Assembly: GCA_965223295.1 (NCBI GenBank)
Contig: CBDCWC010000002.1
Coordinates: 1,536,001-1,600,000, forward strand
DNA: 64,000 bases
Reading direction: 5' to 3'
Origin: Nitrospirales bacterium
Lineage (GTDB): Bacteria; Nitrospirota; Nitrospiria; Nitrospirales; UBA8639
Made by a program: the position numbers and the translations under genes. The notes beneath the pieces are model-generated. The model saw only the letters and a list, made by a program, of their open reading frames with translations. It searched no databases and was not told the origin of the DNA. The number at the start of each line of letters is the position of its first letter. The first letter of the stretch is position 1. Of this stretch, positions 60,373 through 64,000 are shown piece by piece.

Positions 60373-61527
60373 CTAGACCAAATCAAAAGTAGCAGGGAAA
60401 TGACCTGGTCGGATTTGTCGTTGCGCCGCCGCTGTTCCAAGTAACGCCAGTTTATCCATGTTTTTTGGCTTATCCATTTTTTGAAGCCCTTTCACTTCAT
60501 GGGCATTAAGATCCACGGCTAAATTATCCTTTAACCACTCACGATCCAAGACCACATTATAACGAAGATACGAAAACAACTCTTTCCCACCTAGCACATC
60601 CCCACTCAGATCTCCAACTTCTCGATCAACCTCCCAGGCCATGGGACTACGAGACATCCATTGCAACATGGTTTGATTCATCGCATCGCAATCATTCATC
60701 AAAGACTTCAGAGCTTGGAGTGAAACTCTGGCCGAAGACATACCCATGACCTCACTCGCCGACATTCGGATTTCCTGTGCCCCCGTGCCAACAGATACCA
60801 GCAAGAGCTGATCAGCACCCACAGGCCATTTCAAACCGAACCCTTCAGTGGTTGCCATCAGCACCAATTGTAAAGCCGGATTATTGTGTGGACTCACGCC
60901 ACCATCCACAAACGCACCTTCCACACCTTTCCCAATTCGCAAGCGCTCTGGATTAAAATAATGTGGGGCTGCCGTACTGGCTCGCACAATTTCACGGAGC
61001 AGAAAATCCTTATTGGGCGAAGCTCTTCCTTTTTGGGATGCAGGATTGAAATATCGTCCCTTGGGGTTATTCATGAGCGGCCAAGGACTTCCTGAATCTA
61101 AGCGCTTCGTCATGATCATCAGTCCGGTTTGCAGATCGTCGCTCCCTAAGGTGCGGTCTCCAAACTGTTCGGTGAGCGCCTTCATGAGCGGGGTGCGGGG
61201 GAACTTGGCCTGAAAGATTCCTCTACGCCATATTGATTTCCGAAATACTTGCTCAGACAGTTCGTGATATAAGATTTCTAGCTTTTCCACGGTCCAACCT
61301 AAAGCTAGTCCTGTCGCGATAATGGATCCAGTTGAGGTCCCTCCAATCAGGTCAAAATACTGGCACAGACGAAAATGAGGATCATTCCCAGTCCGTTCGC
61401 ATAAGATCTTTTCTATCCGCTTCAAATACTGCAGTGTCAACATTCCGCGAACCCCGCCCCCATCCAAGGCCAACAGCCGTTTGGGACCGGGTGCAAATAA
61501 ATGTTGGTCACGAGTATGAGTGATCAT
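60373..61527 (-). CDS. patatin-like phospholipase
   Basis: Oxyanion loop DGGGVRG, nucleophile GGTSTG, ASTAAP and the catalytic Asp in VDGG. Confidence 0.92.
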   Translation of the reverse strand: MITHTRDQHLFAPGPKRLLALDGGGVRGMLTLQYLKRIEKILCERTGNDPHFRLCQYFDLIGGTSTGSIIATGLALGWTVEKLEILYHELSEQVFRKSIWRRGIFQAKFPRTPLMKALTEQFGDRTLGSDDLQTGLMIMTKRLDSGSPWPLMNNPKGRYFNPASQKGRASPNKDFLLREIVRASTAAPHYFNPERLRIGKGVEGAFVDGGVSPHNNPALQLVLMATTEGFGLKWPVGADQLLLVSVGTGAQEIRMSASEVMGMSSARVSLQALKSLMNDCDAMNQTMLQWMSRSPMAWEVDREVGDLSGDVLGGKELFSYLRYNVVLDREWLKDNLAVDLNAHEVKGLQKMDKPKNMDKLALLGTAAAQRQIRPGHFPATFDLV

Positions 61528-61549
61528 AGGATCTCCAACTCTTGATATA

Positions 61550-62158
61550 TTATTTCGGGAGGGTAAGAATTTCAGTCACAACAATACCGCGCATTCGAGC
61601 TTCATTTGCAAAATGCCACGTCAGATCTCGTTCGCCACGAGGATGACCATCCCAGGCTATGACAGCGTGCATGCTCTGGAAATCTTGAGAAACATGTGTG
61701 GCGCCTTTCCTGGACTGCTTGGCAGATTGCCCCTGCGCCGCATCCAAGATAGCATGATTCACCGCTTGATACCCTGCATGTCGATCTTCACCTGTCTTCA
61801 GAATCACAAGATCTCCGTTCTCTTGAGCGGCACTCACAACTCCATCAAATATCGCCCCCCAATTCCATTCGTTTGAGTTAGGACGATCAACCACCGACGT
61901 CACTCGAAACTGTTCGACAGCAGATGGCAAAATAATTCGATAGCACACTCTGAGATTCTGCGCCACTTTCAACGCAAGTAAATCTGCTCCACAGGCAGCC
62001 GAGGCAATCAACATGGAAAACTCATTTTTTATAAACAGAGCCGTAATCTGTTGATACACCCGATCAATTTGAGATACCGGAAACCGAGACAGACTCGAAT
62101 CAGGAGCATCAATCCGTCGCCCTGCAAATCCAATAATAGAAGCTGGTCTCTTTTGCAT
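61550..62158 (-). CDS. hypothetical protein with a SLOG-like nucleotide-binding fold
   Basis: Motifs GFAGRRIDAP...RFP, SAACGADLL, F..TSV, Y.AVN..IL and IAWDG. Confidence 0.6.
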   Translation of the reverse strand: MQKRPASIIGFAGRRIDAPDSSLSRFPVSQIDRVYQQITALFIKNEFSMLIASAACGADLLALKVAQNLRVCYRIILPSAVEQFRVTSVVDRPNSNEWNWGAIFDGVVSAAQENGDLVILKTGEDRHAGYQAVNHAILDAAQGQSAKQSRKGATHVSQDFQSMHAVIAWDGHPRGERDLTWHFANEARMRGIVVTEILTLPK

Positions 62159-62161
62159 GTA

Positions 62162-64000
62162 TCAACTTGAAAGATTAACGGGCTTTGATTCGTGAAACCC
62201 TAGTTTCATCCATAGTGGACATAACATCATCCCCAGGATCAGCAACACTGCGATCCAGATCGTTCGAGAAGGCATCCAAAATGGCGCCGGGCTGCCGACC
62301 ATCCATGAACCAATCCCCGTGAGTACACAAAAAATCGACAACGCCGCTAAGCCCATGGCCAATACCGCTTGCCAAAAACGTTGGGAACTGATTGGATGAT
62401 TTGGATGAATTTGCTCCTCAATCGGCCCCCAAAACCCAGGTGGTTGGGCTCGTTGAAAAAAATTTTCTAAACGATCCTGATCTTCTGGCCCCGTGGCTAG
62501 CGAGACTCCCACTCCGATTATCCCGGAACCCAGGCCCATAATCAGTAATCGCAGCTGCTCTTGCTCTGGAAAGCCCCACAACAACAATGGCGCCAGCACT
62601 AGTGATGTCATGATGCAGGCTAGTTCACCCCACGCCGTTATTCGCCACCAAATCCAGCGTAAGACAAGTAACATGCCCATTCCGGCTCCTAATAATAAAC
62701 TCACCTGCCAGGCCATTTGAATCGAGGACAACCATGGAAGAATACTGAGCGCTATCATGAGTATCAGCACATTACTCCCTCGCGCGACCCACACCAAAGC
62801 CTGACGAGAAGGTTCACGCTTGAGCCAACTCTGGCAAATGAAACGCCGGCAGACATCATTCGTCCAATAGGACGCACCCCAATTTAAATGAGTATCAACC
62901 GTCGAAGCCAACGCGGCTAACATACCAACCAGCATCAACCCTTTTAATCCAGCCGGCAACAATTCATCAATGCCTTGAATAAATGTAAACTCGCGCGTGG
63001 CTAGATCAATTGGTCCAGGCGGGGGCGGAAAAATGACCAGCAACCCAAGGGCCAAGGGCAACCAAATCAAGCTCCGTAGGAGAACTTGCAGCACGGTAAA
63101 CACCACAGCGGCCAATCGTGCATCATCATCCGTACGACATGCCATAGATCGTTGCGCTAAATACCCAGTCCCATCCGCATTCATTTGCAGCAACCACTGA
63201 CAGCCATAGACAAGCATGACCATCATGGTGACATCTTTTGCGCCGGAGGGTGTAAACGCAAGAATTTGCTCACCGGTTAGAGGGTAACCCGTATTCGCAG
63301 CGAACAACTCATGAATCTTTTGAGTTAGGACCGCCAGCCCGCCCACATGATCCACCACCACCCACGCAAACCCCAAACTGGCCACCAATCCAATTCCTAA
63401 CTGGACCAGATCCGTCTGCACGACACTGCGCAGTCCCCCCGTGGTGGAATACAACATCGTGACTAGCACAATCGCTCCAATGGATATCAAATTATTGGTG
63501 GAGCGAATCCAAATGGACTCTGTCTCTATTCCCCCGATTGCAAACGGCACTCCGGCCCATTGCACGCTTTGCACACAACTCTCAAAGAACACCACTGGGA
63601 GCCAGTGATCCCACAACAGAAATGGCTCCGCCAAACGTGTCGCCGCCAACAGCACCATGGCCAAGACCGTACAATTCACAATGGTGCCAAAATAGATGGC
63701 TTTCATGCCACGTAGTACGGCCGCCGCCCGGTGGCCATACCGCACTTCCGTTAATTCAGCATCGGTCAACACACCCACTCGACGCCAACTTGGGGCGAGC
63801 AAGAATCCCATGAGCAAAAACGCCAGCGCATAAATCCACAAACGCCAAAGCGCAAAAATACCTGCCGTCGCGACCAGACCGGTCACAAGCAATGGCGTAT
63901 CGGCGGCGAACTGCGTCGCTGCCATGCTTAAACCCGCTTTCCAACCGGAAAGACTTTTTCCTGCTAAGAAGTACTCTTCAAGATTTTCGGAAGCTCGCGT
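62162..64000 (-). CDS. sodium:solute symporter family protein, 5' end outside the window
   Basis: Motifs EYFLAGKSL, MAATQFAADTPL, GGLRSVVQTD, GYLAQR and LAALAST. The frame is open to 64000. Confidence 0.92.
   Translation of the reverse strand, partial: TRASENLEEYFLAGKSLSGWKAGLSMAATQFAADTPLLVTGLVATAGIFALWRLWIYALAFLLMGFLLAPSWRRVGVLTDAELTEVRYGHRAAAVLRGMKAIYFGTIVNCTVLAMVLLAATRLAEPFLLWDHWLPVVFFESCVQSVQWAGVPFAIGGIETESIWIRSTNNLISIGAIVLVTMLYSTTGGLRSVVQTDLVQLGIGLVASLGFAWVVVDHVGGLAVLTQKIHELFAANTGYPLTGEQILAFTPSGAKDVTMMVMLVYGCQWLLQMNADGTGYLAQRSMACRTDDDARLAAVVFTVLQVLLRSLIWLPLALGLLVIFPPPPGPIDLATREFTFIQGIDELLPAGLKGLMLVGMLAALASTVDTHLNWGASYWTNDVCRRFICQSWLKREPSRQALVWVARGSNVLILMIALSILPWLSSIQMAWQVSLLLGAGMGMLLVLRWIWWRITAWGELACIMTSLVLAPLLLWGFPEQEQLRLLIMGLGSGIIGVGVSLATGPEDQDRLENFFQRAQPPGFWGPIEEQIHPNHPISSQRFWQAVLAMGLAALSIFCVLTGIGSWMVGSPAPFWMPSRTIWIAVLLILGMMLCPLWMKLGFHESKPVNLSS

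Overview
A 64-kb bacterial chromosomal segment. Gene content and the short repeat families suggest Nitrospirota/Nitrospirales (inference only). It is mostly core genes: queF, tadA, uvrB, fhs, coaBC-rpoZ-gmk-yicC-nth-hflX-tsaD-clpC, nadK, rplI-glyA-nrdR, tRNA-Ser(CGA) and tRNA-Leu(CAG). Accessory or unusual parts are: (1) an aminoethylphosphonate-type (or sulfonate) head-group operon with no PEP mutase beside it; (2) two apparently identical 1326-bp IS256 copies with the same homopolymer frameshift, one with an 8-bp TSD and one joining a recombinase stump to an IS3 stump in a collapsed tRNA-Ser island; (3) three short repeat families, namely a GGGGTCAGACTCGA palindrome family (5 loci, two bracketing a vapBC module), a ~190-bp MITE-like family (4 copies) and one 142-bp MITE; (4) a 1337-aa AAA-TM-coiled-coil-WD40 protein; (5) a DUF2235 hydrolase split by one in-frame TAG; (6) hflX apparently starting at ATC; (7) a soluble histidine kinase with a Rossmann input domain; (8) a degenerate SF1 pseudo-helicase; (9) a patatin plus SLOG-like gene pair converging on tRNA-Leu. 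No CRISPR array or rRNA was seen. All family assignments come from reading motifs by eye, not from database searches.
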